Shown here piece by piece: positions 19,475 through 29,593 of a stretch of DNA of 64,000 nt (position 1 is its first letter; every line of letters starts with the position of its first letter). A program made the position numbers and the translations under genes. The notes under the pieces were generated by a model. The model saw only the letters and a list, made by a program, of their open reading frames with translations, was not told the DNA's origin and ran no database searches. The stretch is from Alphaproteobacteria bacterium (lineage in GTDB: Bacteria > Pseudomonadota > Alphaproteobacteria > MPNO01 > UBA830): assembly GCA_965243135.1 (NCBI GenBank), contig OZ251539.1, positions 5,632,001-5,696,000 on the forward strand, read 5' to 3'.

Positions 19475-21088
19475 GTGCGGATCAGGGTCATTTTGGCGGC
19501 GCTCGGACTGGCCGCCGCCTTCATGCCGGCGGATGCCAGGGAACTTCGTTTCGGTTATCAGGGCGACGCCGACTCGATGGATCCCTACACGCTGAACGAG
19601 ACGTTCACGCTGGGTTTTCTCGGCAACGTATACGAAGGACTGGTGCGCCGGGCGCCCGATCTCTCGATCGAGCCGGCGCTCGCCGAAAGGTGGGAGATCG
19701 TCGAGCCGAACAGATGGCGGTTCCATCTGCGCCGGGGCGTAAGGTTCCATGGCGGCGAAGCGTTCACGGCCGACGACGTGTTGTTTTCCGCCGCGCGCGT
19801 GCGGGCGCAAGGCTCGGACCTGCGGACCCGGCTTGCCGGCGTCGTCGACGTCGTCGCGGTGGACGATTACACGGTGGATTTCGTCACCGAGAAACCCAAT
19901 CCGATCCTGCACGTCGAATGGGATTCCTGGTACGTCATGTCCAGGGCGTGGTCGGAAAAGCATGGCGCCGAAACGCCCGAGGCGGTTACGGGCGATCAGG
20001 AAAAGCACACGACGCGCCACGCGAACGGCACGGGTCCGTTCCGGCTTGTCGAGCGCGAAGCCGGGGTCAGAACGGTCGCCGAACCCAACCCCGCTTGGTG
20101 GGACGCCCCGACCCACAATCTCTCGCGGGTGACGTTCACGCCGATCGCCTCGGACGCCACCCGGGTGGCGGCGCTGCTGTCCGGACAGGTCGACATGGCT
20201 TATCCGATCCCCGTGCAGGACACGAAGCGCGTCGACGACGGCGCCGGCACCCGGGTGTTGGCGGGGCCCGAGCTTCGCACCATCTTTCTCGGCATGGACC
20301 AGTTCCGCGGCGAACTGCTCTATTCCGACGTGAAAGGCAGGAATCCGTTCAAGGACCGGCGGGTGCGGGAGGCCTTCTATCGCGCCATCGACGTGGACGC
20401 GATCCGCAAAAAGGTCATGCGCGGGCTTTCGAGGCCGTCGGCCATGATGATCGGCCCCGGGATCAACGGCTTCGACGACGGCTTCCGGCGCCTCGCCTAC
20501 GATCCCGAAAAGGCCCGCGGGTTGCTGGCGGACGCCGGCTACGGCGAGGGTTTCGAAGTCGGCCTGGATTGCCCGAACGATCGATACGTCAACGACGAGG
20601 CGATCTGCCAAGCCATCGTGTCGATGCTCGCCAGAGTCGGCGTGACGGTCAAGCTCAACGCTCAGCCCAAGGCGAAGTATTTCGCGAAGATTCTGGCGCC
20701 GCGGCTGGACACCAGCTTCTATCTGCTGGGTTGGACGCCCGGCAGCTTCGATTCGTGGAATCCGCTGTTCAATCTCCTCGGGTGCCCACGCGCGTCCGAC
20801 GGCGGGCCGATCTGGCCCCAGGGCGCGCGAGACGGAGTCGCGAACGGCAAGTTCAACCTGGGCGGCTACTGCAACCCCGGAGTCGACAGGCTGACCTCCC
20901 GAATCCTGTCCGAGACCGACAGGTCGGAGCGGGAGGCGCTCGTCCGAAAGGCGTGGTCGACGACGATCGAAGAGCTCGCCTATATCCCGCTGCACCAGCA
21001 AGCGCTCGCGTGGGGCGTCCGCAGCAACGTCAAGCTGGCCCAACGGGCGGACAACCAGTTCGCATGGCGTCACGTGGTCATGGAATAA
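19475..21088 (+). CDS. Peptide/nickel ABC transporter substrate-binding protein (family 5)
   Basis: Signal peptide, SMDPY, PALAERWE, F.LRRGVRFH.G..FTADDV.FS, NGTGPF. Confidence 0.92.
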   Translation: MRIRVILAALGLAAAFMPADARELRFGYQGDADSMDPYTLNETFTLGFLGNVYEGLVRRAPDLSIEPALAERWEIVEPNRWRFHLRRGVRFHGGEAFTADDVLFSAARVRAQGSDLRTRLAGVVDVVAVDDYTVDFVTEKPNPILHVEWDSWYVMSRAWSEKHGAETPEAVTGDQEKHTTRHANGTGPFRLVEREAGVRTVAEPNPAWWDAPTHNLSRVTFTPIASDATRVAALLSGQVDMAYPIPVQDTKRVDDGAGTRVLAGPELRTIFLGMDQFRGELLYSDVKGRNPFKDRRVREAFYRAIDVDAIRKKVMRGLSRPSAMMIGPGINGFDDGFRRLAYDPEKARGLLADAGYGEGFEVGLDCPNDRYVNDEAICQAIVSMLARVGVTVKLNAQPKAKYFAKILAPRLDTSFYLLGWTPGSFDSWNPLFNLLGCPRASDGGPIWPQGARDGVANGKFNLGGYCNPGVDRLTSRILSETDRSEREALVRKAWSTTIEELAYIPLHQQALAWGVRSNVKLAQRADNQFAWRHVVME

Positions 21089-21149
21089 CGCGCCGCCGCG
21101 GCGCGTTTTCCCTTCCTTTCGAATTCCCGTCGTCGGAGAACGGGCTCCC

Positions 21150-22121
21150 GTGATCGCGCTTGTAGCGCGCCGGCTGCTGCAGTCGATCGTCGTCATGCTG
21201 GCGGTCGCGCTGATCGGTTTCACGCTGTTTCGGTACGTGGGCGATCCCGTCGCCCAGATGGTCGGGCAGGAAACGTCCCTTCAGGAGCGGGCGGAACTTC
21301 GAGACAGGCTCGGACTCGACGATCCGGTCCCGATCCAGTTCGCGCGCTACGTCGGCGACATCGCGCAGGGCCGGTTCGGAATCTCCTACGCGATCGATCG
21401 TCCGGTCGCCGCGCTGATCGCCGAACGCCTGCCGGCGACTCTCGAACTCAGCATGGTCGCCGCGCTTTACGCGCTGCTCGTCGGCATACCGATGGGAGTG
21501 TACGCGGCCCTTTACCCGAACCGCATGCTCACCAGGGCGTTTCTGGCGATTTCGCTGATCGGGGTTTCCCTGCCCACCTTCTTCATCGGGATTCTGCTCA
21601 TCCTCGTATTCGGGGTGTGGCTCGGCATCCTTCCGACCTTCGGTCGCGGCGAAGTCGTCGCCGTCGGCTGGTGGAGCACCGGTCTTCTGACGGGAAGCGG
21701 CTGGGCGTCGATTCTGATGCCGGCCTTCACTCTCGGCATGTTCCAACTGACGCTGATCATGCGTCTCGTGCGCTCGGAGATGCTGGACGTGCTTCGCACC
21801 GACTACATCAGATTCGCGCGGGCGCGCGGCCTGGCCGACCGCGCAGTCCATTTCGGCCACGCGTTGAAGAACACGCTCGTGCCCGTCATCACCATTGCCG
21901 GCTTGCAGCTCGGTTCGATCATCGCCTTCGCGATCATCACCGAAACGGTGTTTCAGTGGCCGGGCATGGGACTGTTGTTCCTGCAGGCGATCCAGTTCGC
22001 CGATGTTCCGGTGATGGCGAGTTATCTGGTGTTGATCGCGCTTTTCTTCGTGATCATCAATCTCGCGGTCGACGTCCTGTATTATCTGGTCGATCCCAGA
22101 CTTCGAGTCGGGCGGCGGTAG
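21150..22121 (+). CDS. Peptide ABC transporter permease (DppB-like)
   Basis: RLGLDDP, ERLPATLEL, DYIRFARARGL, YYLVDPRLR. Confidence 0.92.
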   Translation: MIALVARRLLQSIVVMLAVALIGFTLFRYVGDPVAQMVGQETSLQERAELRDRLGLDDPVPIQFARYVGDIAQGRFGISYAIDRPVAALIAERLPATLELSMVAALYALLVGIPMGVYAALYPNRMLTRAFLAISLIGVSLPTFFIGILLILVFGVWLGILPTFGRGEVVAVGWWSTGLLTGSGWASILMPAFTLGMFQLTLIMRLVRSEMLDVLRTDYIRFARARGLADRAVHFGHALKNTLVPVITIAGLQLGSIIAFAIITETVFQWPGMGLLFLQAIQFADVPVMASYLVLIALFFVIINLAVDVLYYLVDPRLRVGRR

Positions 22122-22124
22122 ACA

Positions 22125-23030
22125 TTGGCCTCGACCCGCACCGGACTTCGCGGCCGCTCGCCGACGACCGTCGCCGCCGGGGCGACGGTGGGGATCGTCC
22201 TCGTCGCCGCGGCGCTCGCGCCCTGGATCACGCCGCAGGATCCGTTCGACCCGGCCGAGCTGGATCTGCTGACCGCCTTCACGCCGCCGGTCTGGGTGGA
22301 AGGAGGCGACTGGCGGTTCGTTCTCGGAACGGACGATCAGGGCCGGGATCTGTATTCGGCGATGCTTTACGGGGCGCGCATCTCGCTGCTGGTCGGTTTC
22401 GCGTCGATCCTGCTCGCCGCGTTCGTCGGCGTGCCGCTCGGCCTGATCGCGGGTTATGCCGGAGGCGTCGTCGACGCGGTCGTCATGCGGGTCGCCGATA
22501 TTCAGGCGAGCTTTCCGGCGATTCTGGTCGCGTTGCTGATCGACGGCGTATTGCGCGGAATTCTGCCGCGCGCGCGGCATGACGATCTTGCCGTTTACGT
22601 CCTGGTCATCGCGATCGGCGCCGCGACGTGGGTGCAGTTCGCCCGCACCGTGCGAGGGTCGGCCATGGTGGAGAAAGAGCAGGAATACGTTCAGGCGGCG
22701 CGGGTGACCGGCCTCGGTCCGTGCGCCATCATGCTGCGCCATGTCCTTCCCAACGTGGCGGGACCGGTGCTGGTCATCGCGACCATCGGCCTTGCGGTCG
22801 CGATCCTGACGGAGTCCACGCTGTCCTTTCTCGGCGTCGGCGTGCCGCCGACCCGGCCCTCGCTGGGAACGCTGATCGACACGGGGCAGGATTTCCTGTT
22901 TTCCGGCGAATGGTGGATCGCGATTTTCCCCGGGACGTTTCTGGCCATCCTGATTCTGGCGGTCAATCTGCTCGGCGACTGGCTGCGCGACGCGCTCAAT
23001 CCGAAGCTGCGCGGAAGCGTCGGGCAGTGA
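22125..23030 (+). CDS. Peptide ABC transporter permease (DppC-like)
   Basis: LGTDDQGRD..S..LYGARISL, EYVQAAR, RHVLPN, GDWLRDALNPKLR. The TTG start is uncertain. Confidence 0.9.
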   Translation: MASTRTGLRGRSPTTVAAGATVGIVLVAAALAPWITPQDPFDPAELDLLTAFTPPVWVEGGDWRFVLGTDDQGRDLYSAMLYGARISLLVGFASILLAAFVGVPLGLIAGYAGGVVDAVVMRVADIQASFPAILVALLIDGVLRGILPRARHDDLAVYVLVIAIGAATWVQFARTVRGSAMVEKEQEYVQAARVTGLGPCAIMLRHVLPNVAGPVLVIATIGLAVAILTESTLSFLGVGVPPTRPSLGTLIDTGQDFLFSGEWWIAIFPGTFLAILILAVNLLGDWLRDALNPKLRGSVGQ

Positions 23031-24013
23031 CCCCGGCGCTGCTTGAAGTCGAGGCCCTTCGCGTCGAGTTTCCGGCGAGCGGCGGCGCCCTCGTCGCCGT
23101 CGACGGCGTGAGTTTCGCGATCGGGCGGGGCGAGGTGCTGGGCATGGTCGGCGAGTCGGGAGCGGGCAAGTCGATGGTCGGCAACGCGGTCATCGGTCTC
23201 ATCGATCCGCCGGGAAGAATCGCCGGCGGCGCGGTCAGGCTGGCGGGGCGGCGTATCGACGATTTGCCAGGCGACGAGCTCCGCAGGCTCCGGGGGCGCA
23301 GGATCGGCGCCGTGTTCCAGGATCCGGCGACCAGCCTGAATCCCCTCTACACGATCGGCTATCAGTTGACCGAAACCATTCTTGCGCACCTCGACATCGA
23401 TGCCGCCGCAGCCAGGGAACGGGCGCGCGAGCTGCTCGACGAGGTGGGCATGCCGGCAACCGCCGAAAACGGCTATCCGCATCAGTTTTCGGGCGGCATG
23501 CGCCAACGCGTCGTCATTGCGCTCGCGCTCTGCGCAGGGCCGGATCTCGTCATTGCCGACGAACCGACCACGGCTCTCGACGTATCGACGCAAGCGCAGA
23601 TCATTCGTCTGCTGAAGCGCCTGTGCGCGGAACGGGGAACCGGCGTCTTGCTGATCACCCACGATATGGGGGTGATCGCCGAAATCGCCGACCGCGTCGC
23701 CGTGATGTATGCCGGCCGCGTCGTCGAGATCGGTCCGGTTCGCGACGTCATAAGGACGCCCGGGCATCCCTACACGCGCGGGTTGATGGCCGCGATCCCG
23801 GCGGTGGGGCAGGATGTCGACAGCCTGGCGCAGATCGAGGGCAGCATGCCCGGGCTGCACGAAATCCCGACGGGATGCGCGTTCCACCCGCGTTGCCGGG
23901 AGGCCGTCGAAATCTGCGGGCGCGCGCTTCCCGGCCTGACTCCGGCCGGCGCTTCCCGGGTCGCTTGCTGGCTTCGCGAAGGGCCTCCGGCCGGCGGACA
24001 GGGCCGTGCCTGA
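23027..24013 (+). CDS. Peptide ABC transporter ATP-binding protein (DppD-like)
   Basis: GESGAGKS, YPHQFSGGMRQR, IADEPTTALDV, HPYT, GCAFHPRC. Confidence 0.92.
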   Translation: MTPALLEVEALRVEFPASGGALVAVDGVSFAIGRGEVLGMVGESGAGKSMVGNAVIGLIDPPGRIAGGAVRLAGRRIDDLPGDELRRLRGRRIGAVFQDPATSLNPLYTIGYQLTETILAHLDIDAAAARERARELLDEVGMPATAENGYPHQFSGGMRQRVVIALALCAGPDLVIADEPTTALDVSTQAQIIRLLKRLCAERGTGVLLITHDMGVIAEIADRVAVMYAGRVVEIGPVRDVIRTPGHPYTRGLMAAIPAVGQDVDSLAQIEGSMPGLHEIPTGCAFHPRCREAVEICGRALPGLTPAGASRVACWLREGPPAGGQGRA

Positions 24014-24995
24014 AGCTCCTCTGCTGCAGGTGGAGGACCTGTCGCGGCATTTCGACGCGTCGCCGCCGCTGCTCGACCGGATCGCGGGCGGCGGCCGCCG
24101 GCGAATCCTCAAGGCGGTGGACGGGGTCGGCTTTTCCGTCGGTCGCGGCGAGACCTTCGCGCTGGTGGGCGAGTCCGGGTGCGGCAAGTCCACCGTCGCG
24201 CGCGTGATCGTCGGCCTTCTTCCGCCAACCGGCGGCGCGGTCCGGTTCGACGGCGTTCGGCTGGGACCTTCCCGGCCGGCGGCGGTTCGCCGCCGCATGC
24301 AGATGATCTTTCAGGATCCTTACGCGTCCCTCAATCCGCGCTGGCGGGTCCGGGACATCGTCGCCGAGCCGATTCGCCACAACCGGCTCGCGCGAGGCCG
24401 CCGGGCGGTCGAGGATCGCGCAAGCGAACTGCTGCGCCGGGTGGGCCTGTCCGCGGCCGACGGCGCGAAATATCCGCACGAATTCTCCGGGGGCCAGCGC
24501 CAGCGGATTTCGATCGCGCGGGCGCTCGCCGGCGATCCGGCGTTCGTCGTCTGCGACGAGCCGACGTCCGCTCTGGACGTCTCGGTCCAGGCGCAGATCC
24601 TGAACCTGATGAAGGATCTGCAGCGGACGCTCGGGCTCACCTACCTGTTCATTTCCCACGATCTCGCGGTCGTCTACCACGTATCGACAAGGGTTGCGGT
24701 CATGTACCTGGGCCGCATCTGCGAACTGGCGGAGACCGCGACGCTCTTCGCGCGGCCTCGTCATCCCTACACCCGGCTGCTGCTCGATGCGATACCCGAT
24801 CTCGCGATGAGCGGCCGCGACCGCGCCGTCGTTTCGGGCGAAATCCCGAGCCCCGCGGCGCCGCCGCCGGGCTGCGGGTTCCATCCCCGGTGTCCGCATG
24901 CAGCCGCGCGATGCAGGACGGAACGGCCGAAGCCCATGACCATCGACGGAACGGAGGTCGCCTGTCATGCCGTGGAGGAGGGGCGATTGACGTAG
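24006..24995 (+). CDS. Peptide ABC transporter ATP-binding protein (DppF-like)
   Basis: GESGCGKST, FQDPYASLNPR, FSGGQRQR, CDEPTSALDVS. Confidence 0.92.
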   Translation: MPEAPLLQVEDLSRHFDASPPLLDRIAGGGRRRILKAVDGVGFSVGRGETFALVGESGCGKSTVARVIVGLLPPTGGAVRFDGVRLGPSRPAAVRRRMQMIFQDPYASLNPRWRVRDIVAEPIRHNRLARGRRAVEDRASELLRRVGLSAADGAKYPHEFSGGQRQRISIARALAGDPAFVVCDEPTSALDVSVQAQILNLMKDLQRTLGLTYLFISHDLAVVYHVSTRVAVMYLGRICELAETATLFARPRHPYTRLLLDAIPDLAMSGRDRAVVSGEIPSPAAPPPGCGFHPRCPHAAARCRTERPKPMTIDGTEVACHAVEEGRLT

Positions 24996-25081
24996 CTGAC
25001 GCGTGGACGGCGGAACCGGTCCCGTTCCGGCACCCGTAGAGAGCCTTGCGGATGCGTTAATATCGGCGCTCCGGAGGTGAC

Positions 25082-26626
25082 ATGCGCTTCTTCAACACGG
25101 CAGGACCCGTCGCGCCGGCGGATCATTACTGCATTCCGCCGCTCGCGCGTCTGGATCTGGACGACATTCTGCTTTCGATCCGACAAAAGAAGTACTTCGC
25201 GCTGCACGTTCCCCGGCAGACGGGCAAGACGTCCGTCCTGCTGGCGTTGCAGAGTCTGCTGAACGCGAGGGGCGATTATCGGTGCGTTTACGTCAACGTC
25301 GAAGCCGGACAGATGGATCGGGAAGATACCGCGCGGGCAATGCGGACGATTCTCGCGGAGCTGTCCTCGCGGGCCCGGAGCGCGCTTCGAGACGAGTTCG
25401 TGGAAGAGATCTGGCCCGGAGTTCTCGAGAGGAACGGTTCCAACAACGCGTTCAGGGAAATTCTGACGCGCTGGGCCGAAGCGGATCCGAAGCCCCTGGT
25501 TCTGCTTATCGACGAGATCGATGCGCTGGTCGGCGACGCGCTGCTGTCGGTGCTGCGCCAGTTGCGGTCCGGCTACGACCTGCGACCCGAAGGCTTTCCG
25601 CAGAGCGTCGTTCTCTGCGGCTTGCGCGACGTGCGGGACTACCGGATCCGGTCGACGGTCGACGAAATCGTCGTCGCCGGCGGCAGCGCGTTCAACGTCA
25701 AGGCCGCGTCGCTGCGGTTGGGGGACTTCTCGCGGGACGAGACGCTCGCCTTGCTGGGGCAGCACGCCGCCGAGACCGGGCAGGCGTTCGCGGAGGAGGC
25801 GTCCGATCTGATCTGGGAGCAGACCCGGGGCCAACCCTGGCTGGTGAACGCGCTGGCCTACGAGACCTGCCGCGCCGTCCGGGACCGGGCCATCGCGGCG
25901 GACGACGTCGCGGCGGCGCGGGAAGCGCTGATCCTGCGCCGCGAGACCCACATCCTGGCGGACAGGTTGCGGGAAGAGCGCGTGCGGCGGGTGGTCGAAC
26001 CGCTCCTGAGCGGCGACGAGCGTACCCGCGGCAGCGAGCGCGACGTGGAATACGCGCGGGATCTGGGCTTGCTCGCGAGGGACGCGCCGTTGCGCATCGC
26101 CAACCCGATCTACGCCGAGGTCGTCCCGCGGGAACTGACCTGGATCGTGCAGGAGGAGTTCGATCAGGACATGGCGCTGTACGTCGACGCCGGGGGCCGT
26201 CTCGACGTGGAGAAGCTGATGGCGGCGTTCCAGACGTTCTTTCGCGAGAATTCGGAGCACTGGAGGCAACGCTTCGATTATCAGGAAGCGTGGCCGCAAC
26301 TCCTGTTGCAGGCGTTTCTGCAGCGGATCGTGAACGGCGGCGGGCGCATCGAGCGGGAGTTCGGGCTGGGCCGGCGGCGGGTCGACCTGTTGATTCTCTG
26401 GACGCAGGGCGGCCGCCTGCAAAGGTTCGCAGTCGAGTGCAAGGTGCTGCGCAAGGGGCTTGAATCGACGATATCCGAGGGTCTGGAACAGATTGCGGAT
26501 TACATGGACGGCTGCGCGGCGGAAGCGGGCCACCTGGTGATCTTCGACCGCGACGAGAAGAAGAGCTGGAACGAGAAGATCTTTCGCCGCAGTCCGAAGC
26601 CGAACGTCGAGGTCTGGGGCATGTGA
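25082..26626 (+). CDS. AAA/STAND-like ATPase with C-terminal PD-(D/E)XK nuclease-like domain, paralog 3
   Basis: MRFFNTAGP, PRQTGKTS, VLLIDEID, EAWPQLLLQAFLQR, IEREFG, VECK and the VWGM* end. Clearly homologous to 1641 and 4110. Confidence 0.85.
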   Translation: MRFFNTAGPVAPADHYCIPPLARLDLDDILLSIRQKKYFALHVPRQTGKTSVLLALQSLLNARGDYRCVYVNVEAGQMDREDTARAMRTILAELSSRARSALRDEFVEEIWPGVLERNGSNNAFREILTRWAEADPKPLVLLIDEIDALVGDALLSVLRQLRSGYDLRPEGFPQSVVLCGLRDVRDYRIRSTVDEIVVAGGSAFNVKAASLRLGDFSRDETLALLGQHAAETGQAFAEEASDLIWEQTRGQPWLVNALAYETCRAVRDRAIAADDVAAAREALILRRETHILADRLREERVRRVVEPLLSGDERTRGSERDVEYARDLGLLARDAPLRIANPIYAEVVPRELTWIVQEEFDQDMALYVDAGGRLDVEKLMAAFQTFFRENSEHWRQRFDYQEAWPQLLLQAFLQRIVNGGGRIEREFGLGRRRVDLLILWTQGGRLQRFAVECKVLRKGLESTISEGLEQIADYMDGCAAEAGHLVIFDRDEKKSWNEKIFRRSPKPNVEVWGM

Positions 26627-27626
26627 CAGGCAGCCGTCCCGAAACCTCGGCCCGTCCCTCGGCGGCGGCGCTGCACAGCGTTATCCGCCTCGGATTTCTG
26701 GAACGTTCGCTTTGATTTCGAAACTCGTGCGGAACCGTTGCGAGCCTCGGCGCGGACAGGCGCAGTTCGCCGGCGCCCGGCTGACGGTTGCCGGCGACGC
26801 CGGGCGGCCGAGCGGGTTTCGCCATTCCTGCGAGCGGACGGCTCCAAGCAAGGCCGGTCGGAACCGTACGCTCGGAATCGCGCCAGTCGCTCCGAGACGG
26901 CCACCGCGCGGGACGCGTCGTCAGGACCGCTCGGCGGATTGCGGCGGTCGGGCGCGGCGGCGCTGTCGACGCGCCGCCGCTCTTCGACGACCTCGGCCAA
27001 AACCAGGCGTCTCCCCAAATCCGGCTCTTCGGTCGCCTTCGCGATTTCGAATGCCGGTTTTCGACCATCGCAGTCCGCGGCGCGCTCTCTTGGCGGCGGC
27101 TATCCAACCCCAAGAGTCCCCCCTTTTTTTTGCGGCTGACGCATAGAGCCGCCTCGCGCTCCGTTGGCGTCCCCGGTTCCGGCGGGCGTCCTCCGTCGGC
27201 CCGAGGCCGTTGACGCCGCCAGGGCCGTAGGGATCCGGCCCGCCCCAGAAATCGCGTCAGGCTGTTCGTCCAGGGTATCTCCCGCAAGTCGGCAAGTGCG
27301 AGTCGATCGCCCGCGCGATCCAGAGGAGGTGAGCATTTTCGGCTGGAGTGCTATAACAGTTCGGCAGTGGCTCGCGGACAAGGCTGTTTAGCTGGCGTGC
27401 TGATCGAGAAACTCATATAATTATGTTTCTACTTGTTTTCTGGGGTTTTCAGCGATAATTGTAGACGGAGAGGTTGAAGGGACTTCTTGATCACCACACT
27501 AGATTGATCCGTACCCCGTGCATAGTGTTACACGGTAGTCTTGGGATGAAATCAGATGGCGGACAAACCTTCGAACGAATACTCGATTCCTCAGAATATG
27601 CGGGGGGATATCCCGCTGAATACGGA

Positions 27627-28665
27627 ATCCTTCAAGCCGTTCGTATACGAAATTTTCGAGGATTTAATGATCTCGAAATAGAAAATATGAACCGCATAAA
27701 CCTTGTTACGGGCTGCAACAATTCCGGCAAGACAAACTTCTTGGAGGCGCTTTTTCTGTTGACGGGAGCAGGAAACCCGCATCGGGCGCTGGACGCGAAC
27801 GCCGCTCGCGGCATGAATTTGTCCCAAGGAAACTCGAAGGCGATACGCGAGACTTTTTGGAAACCCATGTTTTTTGCGCTCGACACGAGTCGACACGTTG
27901 AAATCGAAGGATCACACTCGTCGTATGGCCGATTGACCTTGCATGTTTCTCTGGAAAAGCAGAACGTTCTTGAATTTCCGCTGGACACTCCTATTTCGGC
28001 AACGAACAGTTTCGACGAACCAAGGCTACTCTTATCATACAAGACAGATTCAGGAATATGTGGCGAAGGGCGCATACAAGTTGGTGCGCAGTCCGTGAAA
28101 ATTTATCAACCGAACGTAACGATACCTTTCCCGACGATTATCCTGTCCTCGCAGGATTCGAATTTGCAAGAAGACGCCAAACGTTTGGGGCGATTAAGAC
28201 AACGTAAGCAGAGTGATTTAGTTTTAGACGCCCTCAAGATCATTGAACCGAAGCTGTTGAGTATCGAGGATAATTCCTCCAGCGGGATGATCTGGGCGGA
28301 TATCGGTCTGCCGGAACTGGTGCCGCTTGCGGCTTTGGGCGACGGCATGACCCGCATAGCCAGATTGGTGCTGGCCTGCCGCTCCCGGCGGGCTCGTCCT
28401 GGTGGACGAGGTCGATGCCTGCTTGCATCATTCCGTGCATAGCGAAGCATGGAAGGCAGTGGATGCGGCAGCCGAACGATTCAACGCGCAAGTCGTCGCC
28501 ACGACGCATAGCCTCGAATGCGCGCAAGCGGCCGGCAATGCTTTGGCGGATGGCGGAGAATTCATGCTTCATCGCCTTGAGACGACAAGTACCGGCAATC
28601 GCTGCGTAACTTACAATGACGAGGATATAAAGGCGGCAATTCGCCATGACTTCGAGGTACGTTGA
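27627..28665 (+). pseudogene. ABC-type (AAA_15/AAA_21) ATPase, frameshifted near 28380
   Basis: LQAVRIRNFRGF, Walker A GCNNSGKT and signature LGDGMTR are in one frame. Walker B GGLVLVDEVD and ATTHS are in another. The expected start position reads ATC. GC is low. Confidence 0.8.
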
Positions 28666-29272
28666 GCACGGGAAGGCAAGCGAAAACCGAACGGCCCGTC
28701 CGGTTCACGGTCGAAGGCAATGATCAGAAGAATATTTTCGAACGTTTGTTTGTCGTCTTGTTCAGTTTCAGGGCGTACAAATACGAAATTTTGGCGGCAT
28801 CGGTGAATTGGGAAGATTTCTGTGGGCATTCGTTCAGGCACCATAATTTGACACGCCTCCAGTATCGGCGTGGTCCGATACGCGAAGAATTCCGCTGCGG
28901 ATGAGGTTCGAAGCGTTCAATCATCGGCTTCGAATCTCAAGTTTACATGTTCTTGAAAATGAGATGCAGAGACCCGCGGCAACTCCAGAAGCGACAGTTC
29001 TTCCGGGCGATAACCAGAGCCGCATTCTGGAAACTCTTGCATGCAAAGATTTCGAGGAATCTCCTGTCAATGATTGCATCGACGAGTTCATCGCTTGCGC
29101 TCGCAGGATTCCGGATACGGAAATAGAGCGGCTCGATAAGGCGCGCGCGCATGCCTATCTGGCGACGCGACCGCGTCCTCACGTCTCCGTCGGCGTCGCG
29201 GCCCAAAAAGGCTATTGGCCGTTCGGCCATGAGGCATTTGCCGATGTGCGGGCGTTCTTGAGAACTCTGTGA
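28662..29272 (+). pseudogene. DUF3226-like (TOPRIM-like) partner of the ABC ATPase, disrupted
   Basis: VEGNDQ, then in shifted frames QIRNFGG..EL, SIGVVR and LPG....LETL...KARAHAYLA...AAQKGYW.F.H.AF. Internal stop and frameshifts. Confidence 0.7.
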
Positions 29273-29593
29273 GAGCCGGCGAAGAGCGGTACGCGATCGC
29301 TCGACGAATGCTTCAACGTTCGGGCCGCAGAGAGTTTCAAGGATCGCCCACGGTCCAGGGTTTTGGCTTCGGTCATCTTCCCGGCTTTCGTGGTGCGGGG
29401 CCGCGAGCTATCGGCGCTTGGTCGTGTTCAAGCAGAGTGGTCACCGAGCGCCGAACCTCTTCCTCGGTGTCGCCCGGACGGGTCCGTCGACCGCACAGGC
29501 GATCGTTGCCGTAGCTGCGCAGCGTGCTACTTGCCGCCTGCCTTGAAACCGGCTTCCGAAAGCATATTATGCTGGAGGAGAAAGTGGGGACGC

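Noticed and set aside
26630-27470. Short ORFs downstream of paralog 3
   Set aside because: No coherent protein motif. Looks like an unassignable eroded remnant.
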